From Vitrella brassicaformis CCMP3155 (lineage: Eukaryota > Protista > Chromerida), in the NCBI GenBank assembly GCA_001179505.1, contig CDMY01000356.1, positions 62,001 to 126,000 on the forward strand: a stretch of DNA of 64,000 nt. Direction: 5' to 3'. This document shows positions 12,094 through 24,910 of the stretch, piece by piece (position 1 is the stretch's first letter; the number at the start of each line of letters is the position of its first letter). The translations under genes were made by a program, and so were the position numbers. Under the pieces are notes generated by a model that did not search any database, was not told the origin of the DNA, and saw only the letters and a list, made by a program, of their open reading frames with translations.

Positions 12094-15000
12094 TCATGAC
12101 CTGGTCTTGCCCTTGCCCTTGCCCTTGCCCGCCCCCTTGCCCTTGCCGCGGCCCTTCCTCTTGTCGCCATACTCCTCATCGCTGTCGCTCCGCTCGCTGT
12201 CGCTCTCGTTGCCCGACTTCGACCCGCTCGACGACCCGCTGCTGCTCGAGCTGTCCGAGTCACTGCTGCTGGAGCTCTCGCTCGACTCGTCGTCATCACC
12301 GCGGCCGCGCCTGCTTCCACTCATCTTCTTGTTGTGCGAATCCAACACACTCTGAATATATAATGAATGAGCCACACATGGGGAGGGAGAGGGAGAGGGA
12401 GAGGGAGAGGGAGAGGGGAGAGAGGGTGAATGTGGGGGGGAGGTGGGAGGGAGAGGGGAGACTTGACTTACCTCAGTGAGTCGAAGTCGTTTTCCGTTTT
12501 TGTCTTTTCTGCCTCGGGCGGGCCTCTTGCCGCGACGGGGCGGCGGGGCGTTGGCGGCGTCCTGACGCACCTGAGGCAAGCAGGGCAAAGGCAGGGCAAG
12601 ACACATACATACGTGCCGTGCGTTGTAAGGTAAGAGAGTAGGTGTCTGTCTGTGAGTGTTTGCGCCTGTCTTACAGGCTTGGGCGATGGCTCGGGTTTTG
12701 TGGTCTTGTCCCATGCATCCATCACACGCTTGAAGAACAACCTGGCGGGGTGGGGGACGGTACCAGGTGGGTGGATTGTCGAACGAACATGGGGGTGCGG
12801 GTGGCTTATGCATGTTATGTGCCCGCCCTTTCATCTCGTTTTTCCTCTCTGACTCACTCTCACTCACTGACCTCTGCCGCTGTGCAGGTGCGGTTTCTAT
12901 CTGGAGGCTGACTTCGACGTCGTCCGTCCCAACCTCCTGCTTGGTGCAGATCTCTTGGAAATCATTCAACAACTGCAGCCAGCCAAGCCAGCGTATGACA
13001 TGACATGCGCCCACCCCCACAGCAACGAGATGGGCCCGGCTCGAACCGCATGGCATGGCCTCTGTGTGCCTTTGTGTGAGTGTGTTGTGGTCAGTCACTG
13101 TGGCCGAGCCGACCTCTTGGCGTCCCTCGGTGGATAGCGAGTCCATGATGTTTTTGCAGGCAGCGATCTCGGCCTCGGACAGCTTGACCTCGCCCTGCGA
13201 TGTGGTGCGGTAACTGATGACCGACCGGCTGCCACCGTGCTGACAAACGGATGGAGGGTGGGAGGGTGGAAGGGAGGGAGGGATGCATTCATCAATGACA
13301 CAGAGATGCACTCACTGGGGTGATCATGTGTATTGTATGTGTGGGGTGTGTGTTACCCACCCACCTGGAGTCCCGAAGCTCTCTCATGGGCCACTGAGGG
13401 AGGCATGGGCAGCGCACACATAAAACAACACGTACAGCTACCGTACCGGTTGCATGCCATGCATCTGTCTGTCTGTCTGTCTATGTGTCAGTCAGATGGA
13501 GAGAGACAGCCCATGATGTGTGTTTTGTATGTATTATGTGTGTGTGTCAGGCTTACATGCGCCCCTGAACTTGTCGTCGAAGCGCTTCAGAAACTCCCGG
13601 TGCAGATCCTGTGGTGACACACGCCCACGGCCGTGCACACACATACATATACGCACATCACATTAATTAACGTACACACAACCACTTGTCCGTCCGTCCG
13701 TCCCTGCCATGCCCCCCCGGCATACATACATGTGCGTTGATCCAGAGCTGGTTGTCCAGCGGCACGAAGCGGTGCACACAGTTGAGGGCCTCCAAGAAGT
13801 CCCACGCAAACTCGCGAGGCTCGCCGTAGTCGCCACGCTCCAAACGGCTGTGTCACACACACACACACACAGACACACAGAGAGTAGAAGAGGGACGTGT
13901 GCACTTTGTTACGTTGCTGGTGTGTCCATCCATATATACATTTTGACAGTGTTGAGGTCGAGTGGGTCATCGGCGGCCTTGCGGAAGTCATCGAGCCGCC
14001 CGCCGATCAGCTGGCACAGGTACTGGGCCGACGCGAAGGCCTCGAAGTCCCGGTGCCGCACAAAGTCCCGCCACAGATCCTTGCACTTGACCGTGTCGCC
14101 GCCATTCATCGGCGGACCCTGATCGGATCCACACACGTACATTCACACACACCACACACACACACGGGCACTTGACTTGTCCAGATGGATGGGATGGCTT
14201 CTCTGCGTCTGTGTGTCTGGTCGTTGCTGACCGTACGTACCGTCCTCTGCGGCCGTTCTTTGTCTCCGATAGCGGGCCACTCGGTGGGGTCGCCCAAGGC
14301 CACGAGCGGCGGGGCGGCCGCCATGGCCATACCACCCGGGTCGGCAGCCGCTGCGGCAGCAGCACCCACCTGCCCGTTGACCAGATGCGATGGCGGCTGG
14401 CGCGCATACGGCCAGGGGTACCCTAGCGCACCGCCGCCGGGAGACGCCACACTCCCCGCCGGCCCGATCTCGCTGTGAGTGACAGGTCATCAACCCACCG
14501 TCACATACACAGACACACACAGACACACACAGACACACACACACAGACACACACAGACACGTAGAAAGGGCAAGCAGAGGTGCGCATCGTCTGGCTGGGG
14601 TGGCTGGGCTGGGCTGTGGGCTGGTTGCGCACCCACCTTTTCAACTCTACCATTCCGGCCGGCAGGGCGGGGGCGGTGCCCTTCCTCTTGCGATTGGCTC
14701 CCTTGGCAGCCTTGCGACCTCCAACCTGACAGAGAGAGACAGAGACAAACCAGAGCCATCAAGCACCGCACCCAGCCGGCATGATGTGTGTGAATGAATG
14801 GTTACCCACCTTTGGCTCCTTCCACGCGTCATCGTCCATGTCCCTTTTGACGCCCCTCGACGTCACCCCCGGCAGAATGAGCTGGTCGCCACCGATACCG
14901 ATATCGCCCCGCCGGCTCCTCCCCCCTCCCCTCCGGCTGCCCGACGCCGGCGACTCATCCTCATCCTCCGGGGCGTACTGCACTCGCGGGCGGCGCCTCT

Positions 15001-15622
15001 TGCCCATCATGCTGCCCCCATCATCCACACTCCCCGCTCCCAGTGACGGCGAGAAGGCCGACTGGCTTCCCTGCACGGCCTGGCCCTTGCCCATGCCCAG
15101 ACCGCCGAGGAGAGGCGACATGGTGGCTCCCGTCCGCTGGCGGCCGGGCGGCCTCAGCTGGACTTCCTGGAAGACGAAGGGGGATCCCATCCTCTTCAGC
15201 TGCGCTGTGAGGGCGTCGTACTCGCTCTTGGAGAGCTGGAGGGTGCCCCGCTGGCAGTGGAGGCCGTGGACGGCCGTGAGGGCGAAGGGACGGTCGGCCT
15301 TGGCTGCTGGGGAGGGGGACCGCTCGCCGACAGACTCGGAGAACAGAGGAGGGGTGGGGACGGACGCCAGAGGCATCGGATGATGTGGGGGGTGGCCACC
15401 CACTGCAGGCACACATCCACACACAGGGACAGATGCATCATCTGTGCGGCGTGAATCATGCCTGTCTCGTATGTGCCATCTCCCGCTGCCCTTGTCTTCT
15501 CCCAGCGCACCGTCATCAGCTGCAGCCGATGAGTGTGGTGCAGGGGGTTCATCGGACACCTGGACACACTCCTGCTTCGGCGGAAGGCCGACGACCTCCA
15601 TAGGGACGTCAGCCATGCTCAC
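12094..15622 (-). CDS. BET-like chromatin protein: one divergent bromodomain, ET domain and Ser/Asp/Glu-rich tail
   Basis: Spliced bromodomain: KCKDLWRDFVRHRDFEAF..RLDDFRKAADDPLDLNTVK|IRLERGDYGEPREFAWDFLEALNCVHRFVPLDNQLWINAH|DLHREFLKRF. ET-like: KLSEAEIAACKNIMDSLSTEGRQE|LLNDFQEICTKQEVGTDDVEVSLQIETAPAQRQR|LFFKRV. Tail: SSESSSSSDSDSSSSSG. Confidence 0.75.
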
Positions 15623-15803
15623 GATACGTCTTGATTCACAGGTACAGCAGCGGAGCTGGCATTCGCGCCGAAAACGAGGGGAGTCAACGGTTGACGATGG
15701 GTTGGCTACCTAGATGAACGTGGGCCAGTGACTGCCTGGGCTGACACGCTGTTGACGTCGGAAACGCCTAGAGGAAAGTCCCTCAAAGACAATTGCTCAA
15801 AGT

Positions 15804-15811
15804 TGCGAGCT
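15804..15811 (+). promoter_or_regulatory. TGCGAGCT candidate promoter element (BET-like / Pth pair)
   Basis: Exact 8-mer, about 104 nt upstream of the Pth ATG. Confidence 0.55.
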
Positions 15812-15914
15812 CGAAGCTTTGAAGCCGCTTAGCTCGCGTTGCTTGGCGTTCTCGCTGGTGGAGACGGATGAGCGTGTGTGTGTGTCTGAGATCTTCTCGC
15901 TCCGAAGCGTCACG

Positions 15915-17223
15915 ATGATGTTCCAGATGCTGTCAGCCTTCTTTGCCCTCGTCGCCCTTGTCTTCGCTCGCCGCATCAAGGCCTTCGTCGTCCCTGCGGC
16001 CCTCCCGTCAGCGAAGGCGTCACCGTCGCCTCATGGTGTAAGGCAGCACGTCCTTGCAGCTGCATCGGTTGATGGCATCAGGACGAGGGTGCTGCAACTG
16101 CTCGAGGAGGAACGGCAGAACACGCCGACACAGCCGCCCAAGAAGGACAAAAGAGGAAACCAGAAGAAGAAACAAAAGGTCCGTGTGAATGCCCTGCAGG
16201 CATTTCTTCCATTGCATGGTTGCATTGTGTGGGTGCACTGCATGCAGAGAGATGCTACTGGTACGGGCGAGAATGACAAGGCCGTGAGGGGCGAGAGGGG
16301 CAAGAAGCTGCTCATCGTGGGGCTCGGCAACCCTGGTTGGCATCTTATCAGCAGGCCTGTCGCATCCTCGTCAACACATGTGTGCATGTATTGCATGTCC
16401 TTGCTGCAGGTCCGCAGTTCGCTGGCACGCGCCACAACGCAGGCTGGATCGCAATCGACGCCATCGCCGCCCACTGGGGCGTCACCATGAAGAGCGACAA
16501 GAACTTCTTGGGTCAGTTCGGCTCGACAAGTCGACACGGCCGGATGGTGTATCTGCTGAAGCCCACCACAATGATGAACCTCTCTGGCGGGGCCGTCAAG
16601 AAGGTGCTCGACTCGTACGGCCTGCCGTCGCATGCTGTGCTCGTGCTGGTCGACGAGCTGGCCCTGCCCCTGGGCGTCCTCAACATCAAGCAGAGAACCA
16701 ACCCCGGTGCGTTCCTTCACACCCAGCCAGCCAGCCACCCAGCCAGACAGACAGAGGGCGGGACGGAGGGAGGGAGGAGAGAGCAGTGCGCTTGCTGGCT
16801 GGCATGCTACAGGCACGCACAATGGTCTCAGGAGCATCAAACAAAGGTGAGTGAGTCGGTGATCGACACAATGAGCATGTGTGTGTGTGTGTGTGTGTGC
16901 GTGCAGTTTGAGGACGGATGAGTTCTCTCGCGTGGCGCTGGGCATCGGGGGCGACAGGAAGGCCAAGGGCGGCACCGACTTCGTCCTCGGCAAGTTCACA
17001 AGAGCCGAAAGGGACGCATTCGACGAGGTGCATACGTTCACCTGCAGATTGCCTCGCATGATATGTGACTGGCCGGCCTCTGTGTTGTGTCTCTTCGTGT
17101 CTGCAGGGTCTGGTTGATCTGCAGGGCGTGGTTGATGACTGGGTGGCTATCGACAATATTCCCGAGGTGCAGAAGCGCCGCCAAAAGAGGCGAAAAGAAT
17201 CGGCGAAAAGCGTAGCTGCCTAG
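15915..17223 (+). CDS. PTH: Peptidyl-tRNA hydrolase (bacterial-type Pth1), plastid-targeted
   Basis: Motifs LIVGLGNPG, TRHNAGW, LLKPTTMMNLSG, VLVDELAL, GTHNGLRSI, RVALGIG and DFVLGKF. The leader is a signal peptide (MMFQMLSAFFALVALVFARRIKA) then FVVP and a Ser/Ala-rich transit-like segment. Confidence 0.92.
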
Positions 17224-18851
17224 CCTAGCTGGGATGTGAGAGCGACACTCCTTTGCTCCCTGAGCGAAGCAAGGAGGCAGGCAGCCGTCGCGGTGTGTGT
17301 AAATATGGGAGCATGTTGATGACAGACTGGGTGGCGTGACCTGACCCATTGTGTGTGTCTGATCGAATGTGAATACGGACGGTAAGTAACGGGTCGGTCG
17401 GTCGGAGTACGGTAGGTACGGTGTCCGTCACAATCCGCAGATACGCACCCCAGCACGGCACATACACAACACATGCATTGATCGATTGCAACCAGTACCA
17501 TGGCAGGCGATTCGTCCGGCATGGCATCCGTCCGTCCGTCCGTGCGTCCGAGTCATGCATCCCATCCAGTCATGCAGTGCACGCACTGCAGGCACACGCA
17601 CTAGCCAGCCACCAGAGACATAGATACCATACATGTCATGTACACCACACAAGACACGAGCCCACCCATGCCATGCATGTATTGTGTGCACGGAGGAGGG
17701 AAAAATACAACTAAGTCAGTTAGACAGGGAGCAAGCACGCAGGCACCATCCATCCATCCATTCGCCCCACACGTATGGAGGAGAGGACGCCACGCCCCTC
17801 CGCACATGACCTGACATGACATGACATGACAGGCAGCCGACGGCCGACAAATGAAACGAACCCGCGCCATTCATTCCGCCCCGCCCCGCCCCGTCCCGTC
17901 CCATCGACTCGACAGAGAGACAGACACATCACATGGGCGGACGGTAAAAGAGAAAGGCCACACAGATAGTCACACAGAGCTTATCCGTGGCATGCAACAC
18001 GTTACGTAACAACAAGTCAGTCATGTCGTGTGTGAGAGTCTCTCAATTGTGTGTTTGTGTGGGGACGGTACGGATTTCCGCACCCATCTATCCAACCATC
18101 TAGACAGCCCGTAGCAATACGGTGTGTGAGTGTGTGTTTGGCTTGACGGTGGGTTGATGTACGCAGCGTGCATGCACATCGGCCGGCCGTGGCTGAGCGA
18201 GTTGGTATGCAATGCATGCACACCCCACACACGAGCAAAAGCAAGGCAAGGCTGTCTCGATGGACGGACACATGTCAGTCGATGGACACATGGAGATGTA
18301 TTCATTGCAATGGTCTGGCTGGCTGGCTGTACGGACGGTAAAATGACTGACTGACGTACCAATCGGAATCGACGGCTGTGCTGTGCTGTGGGTGACTGGA
18401 CTGGACGGTATAGCGGCATACCGGCAGGCAGGCAGGCAGCAAAAAGCAGTCGTTGCACATTCATTCATTCATCATTCCTTGCGCCGCGACCGACAGCCAT
18501 ACATGACGAAAACATCCCGACATACATACAAGTACAGTAAGTACATATGTGTGCACCATACCAACCCTTCGCATCGACAGCCGAATGTAGTGAGTGCCCC
18601 CGCCCCAACCAACCCAGCCCCCCAACATACATAACATGTACATGCATGATCGACTGACGTCTGTACGTATGTATGTATGTATGCAGCCAACCAACCACAC
18701 CCACACACAGTGTGTGGTGCGTGTGTGTGTGTCTGCAGCCAGGACGGTACGGTACGCACCCACGGAAGGGAGTAAGTGAATAACTCCATCCATCCATCCA
18801 AAACAGCTATCGGGCATTCGCGCACAGGACCCAATCGAGCATCATCAGCCA

Positions 18852-18874
18852 GCCGGCCGGCCGGCCGGCCGGCC
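18852..18874. repeat. (GGCC)n self-complementary microsatellite
   Basis: Read directly: gccggccggccggccggccggcc. Confidence 0.9.
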
Positions 18875-19120
18875 AGGCACCCACTTACATTCATTCATTC
18901 GCACATAGAAACATGTAGACGGGCAGACATCCGATCCGATCCGCCAGACAAAGTAGATAGACACATACATACATACACATGAATGCACACATACACACAT
19001 GCGTACCGTGCGTGTAGCAAGCAGACGGGAATGAGGGGCCTGGCCAGAAGGAGTGAGTGAGTGAGTGAGTGAGGAGGGGATCCCGCCAGGAAAAATACAA
19101 CCACATCAGCAGACGTCATG

Positions 19121-19353
19121 ATTTGATGCATACATAACCACACCCAGCATCCACCAACACCATGCCACGTACAGACACACCCAGCCATACAGCCATACAG
19201 ACAGACAGACAGACAGATGAACAAAACCGAAAAACGTCGCTGGCGTGTCATCCATTCATTCCTTCCTTTCTTGACCATCCAGTCTTGTGCGGCCATCATA
19301 CAGCGACACAGCCATACAGCCATACAGACAGACAGACCGCCCCCCATTATCAC
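19121..19353 (-). mobile_element. Intergenic copy of the intron at 60960-61182 (candidate introner-like element)
   Basis: Shares a core including gatgaacaaaaccgaaaaacgtcgctggcgtgtcatccatt with 60960-61182. Similarity ends at positions equivalent to the intron's GT and AG. The flanks are unrelated. Confidence 0.6.
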
Positions 19354-20155
19354 CCACCCCACCCACTGCTCTCTGTATTGACACATCCCTCACTCACCAA
19401 GCCAAGAAGAGCCCCCGCTCCTCCCCAAGGCAAGGCAAGGCAAGACAAGAGTGTGCGGATCGATGGCTGCGACAACGTATTGCGTGTGTATGGCTGGTCA
19501 TTTCATGATGTGTCTGTCGTGGATCCGGAAGTAGAGAACCCTCCTCCTTCCCTCGTCCATGCAGGAGTGAATGAAAGACGCATTCGTCGAGCACAGGCAG
19601 GCAGGCAGGCAGGGGCGCCGGTACAAATTGGACCAGCGCGACGGACGGACGGACGGCAGGGATGTCTGTGTGAGTGAGTGACAGAGAGAGTGGGGCGTTG
19701 CCCACTCGAGCCAAGGACACTGACTGACGCGCACGCGAGCGGGATTACGAGACAGACGAGACGACTCCTCTCTCTCTTGCCCTCGGTGCGTGGTGAATCG
19801 TGTGTGGTGGATGATGGATGGATGGATGGATGGTTGGTTGTGTCGCGTGTAAGTGTGTGGGTGAGTAGGAAACTCTCTCTCTCCCTGGCTAAACTGAAAA
19901 ACGCCCCCAGTCATCACTTCCCCTCCCTCCCTCCCTCCCTGCCTCTCTCTGATGCTCTCTCGGATGACCCAGTAGGGTGTTGCGCTTTGGGTACACACGC
20001 ACACACAAGAATGCATGGCATGGCTGCCTCGATGGATGTCCTTATGCAAAGAAATAACCTATCACGTACTGGTATGGTTGTGCATTCATTCATTCATTCA
20101 TGGTGCGTATGGTAGGTATGCAGCCGCAGCGAAGCGAAGCGAGACGAATGAATCG

Positions 20156-20179
20156 ACGTACGTACGTACGTACGTACGT
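20156..20179. repeat. (ACGT)n self-complementary microsatellite
   Basis: Read directly: acgtacgtacgtacgtacgtacgt. Confidence 0.9.
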
Positions 20180-23100
20180 GACACGCAGACTTCTCGCACG
20201 CAGAGTGGGGAAAACTGGCCTGTCTGGCCTCAGCAGACGCACGTACACGTAGCAAGCACGACATAGACATACAGCAGCAGCAGCAGCGGATGAATGAATG
20301 AATGCACCAATAAAATTTCTCGATCGGCCTCCCCCCCTCCCCCCACACGACACAGCGAAAAATCTCTCACGTAACCGAATGTATGCAATGCAAGAGACTT
20401 CCCCTCTCCTCTCCCCCGCGCACACCACACCCACCCAGACACCCAGCAGAAAGAAGACAGGAGCTAGACGGTCGCCGTACGTACGGATGTGTGGATCTGT
20501 GTATGTATGTGTGTGTGTGCTTCAATACATTACATTACATTACGTGTGCCTGAGCGAGTATGTAAGTATGTATGGGTGCGGGAGAAACGAGTGGCGGAGT
20601 TGCATGCACGCCTGCCTGGGTCGAGAGCACGCAGCACAAGAAGAACAAGACGAAACACTACAAAAATGCCGACAATCCAATCAGTCAATCACTCAGTCAC
20701 TCAGTCAGTCAGTCAGTCGACAACGCACAGACAGAGTGCCCGTAAGTAACCGAATGCAATGCATGGCTGCAGCCCTCCACTCTTGAAACATACAATCAAC
20801 CAACACGGGAGGGAGGGAGGGACCAACGACCGACCGGCCGACCGACAAACGAAAATCGACCGCGCCACACACACAGACAGACAGACAGTCAGAATCAGAG
20901 GAAGAGAGTGCCGCCTACCGCCACATCAGTCCCACACGCCACGCTTACATCAATCAACAGGCAAGTCGGCATCCATCCATCCATCCATCCATCCATGAGC
21001 TCCCCTCCCTCCTCCCTCTCTCCCTCCGGCCCGCCCGTCCCCTCTCCGCTCGGCAAAAAATCTCCCTCGCAGACGAGTAGGCACGCATAGCATAGCATAG
21101 CATACAGCACACCACAGCACACCATCACACACGATTGAGTGCAGTCGCCGAGGCGTCACGCAGACATACACACGCACGCACGCACACAAGACGGACAGAC
21201 AGCCACGCCCCCTTGTCTCCCTCCCTCCCTCCCTCTCCCTGCTTACACGTTCCGTGTAGTCGTCGCTCGGTGCCCTCTCGTACATGCAGCCACGCAGACA
21301 CCAACATGCAGGAGGCAGGCATGCCACCATAGGTAGATCATTACCATGCAATCAATGCATTCTGTCATTCAGTCAGTCATGCAGGTGGACAGTAGCTAGT
21401 CATCTCTCTCTCTCTCTCTCTCCATCCCTCGCTCAGGCGTGGCGTGCATGTGATGTGTGTCTTGTCTGGTGTGTCTCAATCATCTGGTCTCTGGTTGTTG
21501 TGCCACAGACAGTGAGTGGCATTGCATTCATTAGTCATTCACTCGCACATGAGCGATAGGAGAGCAGCCCCAAGACATGACGGGCTAGACATCTCTCGGA
21601 CGTAGCGTTAGTCAGTCACCTCCACACTGATTTGTCCCGACCCCTCACTTCCACCCCTCACTCAGGAAAAAACCAGGCCACAGAGCATCAGACACAGGCG
21701 CATACAGGCAGGAGACACGGATGGCATGGCGACACACATGCACGCGTCGTGGATGGATGGATGGATGGGGGATGGTGTGGTGTGGTGTGGTGTGGGTTGA
21801 AAAACTGCTCGGTGTGGGTGTGTGAATCGACGAGTGCACAATGCACTCACCAGTCCATGCATCCATCCATTCCTGGAAACGGATCTCTCCACTCACTCCA
21901 CTCCGCTCCAAAAGAGAGAGGCCATCCAATCCGTTGACAGCACAGCACCCCTTCCCTCCTCGTCATGCACCGCACCCCACCCCCACATCACAGTTATCAT
22001 GACATTGACATGTACGCATGTGTATGTATGCAGCAACACACACCACACCACACCACATCCCACCACCCGGTTGAAAGAGAAAGCAGAAACGCAGATAGAC
22101 AGGACGACAGACAGACAACCGACAGTTAGACTAGCTAGCCAGAACTGCATGCACATCTCCCTCACTGCTTTGCTTGCTGTCCGCCCCTCCCCTCCCCTCC
22201 CCTCCATCACCTCACCCGATCCACCCACCCATTGCTCTCTCTCCACCACACATAATAGTACAGTGCCGTCCACAGGCATCCCTCCCTCCCTCCATCGATG
22301 TCTCGGTGCAAAACGCGTCCGTCTGTGGTGAAAATGGCCCCGCTCGCCCGCTGCCCCCCTGCACTGCACGGCATGAGGGGGGCAGAGGCCGACCGACCAA
22401 CCTACATGGAAAAGACGGACTGGACTGTCTCGTCGTCGTTGTATGCATCAGCGCATCGCATTGGTTGCATCTCTCTCGGGTCATCTCTCTCTCGCCCTCC
22501 CTCGCTCCCTCGCTGATCTGGCCCGCCCCTCTCCGCCTGTCTGCCGCATTGGATGGTTCATAAGATAAGGCACGCCACGCCACGTCACGTCACACTGGTT
22601 GGTGCATGTCGACACCATTCGGGATGCATTACGTATGAGCCGCGGAAAACCCCAAGCAAGGCCGCCTGACCTGACCCACCCATTCATTCTCTCAATCGGA
22701 TCGCCTCTCTGAGGCACACACGCACAGCGAGCGACACACAGGGATGGATACCCAGACAGACAGACAGACAGCACACGGCACACGGCACACACTTACTTGT
22801 CACGGTCACCACATGACATTTATCGCATGCATGGCAGATAGATAGATAGCAATGGGTTGATGATAAGTCGATAGATAATAGGTGGATGGAATGGAATGGA
22901 ATGGAATGGATGAATGGATGTCCATTCATTCTTCTGTTCATTCAGTCATTCAGTCATTCTTCACGAATACACACGGCCAGACAGACACATGCCTGCCATG
23001 CCGCTCACATGACTGTGCGGCAGGGCAGGGCATGCAGCACGGCCGGCGATTGGAAGAAAAATACACGCAGACAGACACAACACACGACACAACACACGAC

Positions 23101-24910
23101 AGGCAGGCAGGCGATAGATAATAGGTAGACAAACAAGACTGGCAGGCAGGCATCACATGTCGATGGGCGGCACAGAATAGCATGCCATGCATACGCAGCA
23201 TTGTATGTATGGCGTAGGGTAGCAGCAACTAGAACCGACCAAGGGGCCGGGGAGGGGAGGGGAGGGGTAAGTAAGAAGCGGGAGAAAAGCGCAGCGACGG
23301 CAACGGGGCATCACGGACACACGTGTGTCGTGTCGATCTATGCAGAGGATGAACATCGACTGTCTGACCGATCGGCAGGCCTCTATCTTAGCCACAGGTA
23401 GGTATGCGGCTGTGTGGACGAGGGGCGGACAACATGGACGCACAGACAGACAGGCAGGCAGACAGGCAAGCAGCAGGCCAGCGCTCACGGTCACGGACAT
23501 GCATCTCTCTCTTTGTATGGGCTGACTCTGATCGATCGGTCGGTTCAAATGACAGCCAAAACATCATCCATCGCTCCACCCACAGTTGCCCCTGTCGCCC
23601 TCATGCGTCACCATCCCCTCCTCGCACGCACACATGCATTGCATACACAGACAGCACGGAAGCCAACACGGCAGCCAGGCAGTCAGCAGCAGCATCCATC
23701 GAGAGAGTGGCACGGAACGACGGGTGAGTGAGGTGAGAAGAATGAATGACCTTAGGGAAAAAACCCAACCTCGCTCAAAAAGCGAGCATTGCAATGCATT
23801 GCCAACATGCACGCCACGCCACGCCACGCACAGAAACCCAGCACCTAACCTCCAGCAGTCACTCACGTCACCCCTCCCTCCCTCCCTCCCTCTCCGGCTC
23901 TCAGACGCTCCATCGCTCCATCGCTCGCCTCTCACTCAGGTGTACACGCACGACTCACTCGTGTCTGTCGTGCCGTGTCTGTGTATGTATGTACTTACAA
24001 GACTTGTGTCTCAAGAATGGCTGTCTATGGTCGATTCGATCTAAATGCACGTGTGGCTGTCGCTCGCTCATACCTCACTCAGTTGCTCTCTTCGATCTGT
24101 CTTCACACAGAACTCTGGCATGCATGCTTGCTGTGTGTGTTGCCCGCCTGCCGTCAAAAAGGCCCCGGCTGCCTGGCTGCTGGCTGTCTTGTCTGTCTGT
24201 CTGTTCTTGTCGACCGGCAGATCCGCACCACCCAGTCCACACAGCGAGCAGCGCTCCCTCTCGTGTGTATATACCTCTCTCGATGCATGTCACGCCATGC
24301 GTGCGTGTGTATGTATATGTGTGTGTGTGGTGGGTATGGTTGAGGGGGGAAAAGGAAGGCTCGCTCGCTCGCTCCTTTGGGACGGCGGATGGGTCATTCA
24401 TTCAGGGACAGACGGACAGACAGACAGCAACAGCAACAGCGGTGCCGATTCTCACTCATAGCACATGCCATGCACACGTACATGGAGACGAGCAAGAAAG
24501 ACGAAGGAGCAGAGTGGTAGAGAGGCGAGGGAAAGGGGATAGAGAGGGCAGGGATCGGTCGGTGCTGTGTTGTGCTGGTGCTGTGCTGGTGAAGTGTCGA
24601 TCGATCACAAGACGGACAGACAGACAGACAAACATGAAGCCAGCCATGGACACCGGGAGAAAAAGCAACACACAGCACCGCACGCCAGGCAGCCAGCCAG
24701 GCAGCCAGAGTGCAAGAAGATGACCGCCCCATGGGAAAGCCAGCCAAGCCAGGCCAGGCACAGACCGATCAGACATGCAAGCAGCGTGAGCTGATATCAA
24801 TCAGCATCGACATGCACCATCCATCCATCCATCGATACATGACATGTAAGTGAGTGTGTGTGGTCGTCATCCATTCATCCATCCATCCATCCGTTCATTC
24901 GTTCATTCAT

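Noticed and set aside
17224-24910. Dozens of 60-325 aa ORFs, for example 23746..24723
   Set aside because: They are translations of microsatellites (runs of CV, HT, DR, MDGW) with no domain motifs and no consistent splice chain.
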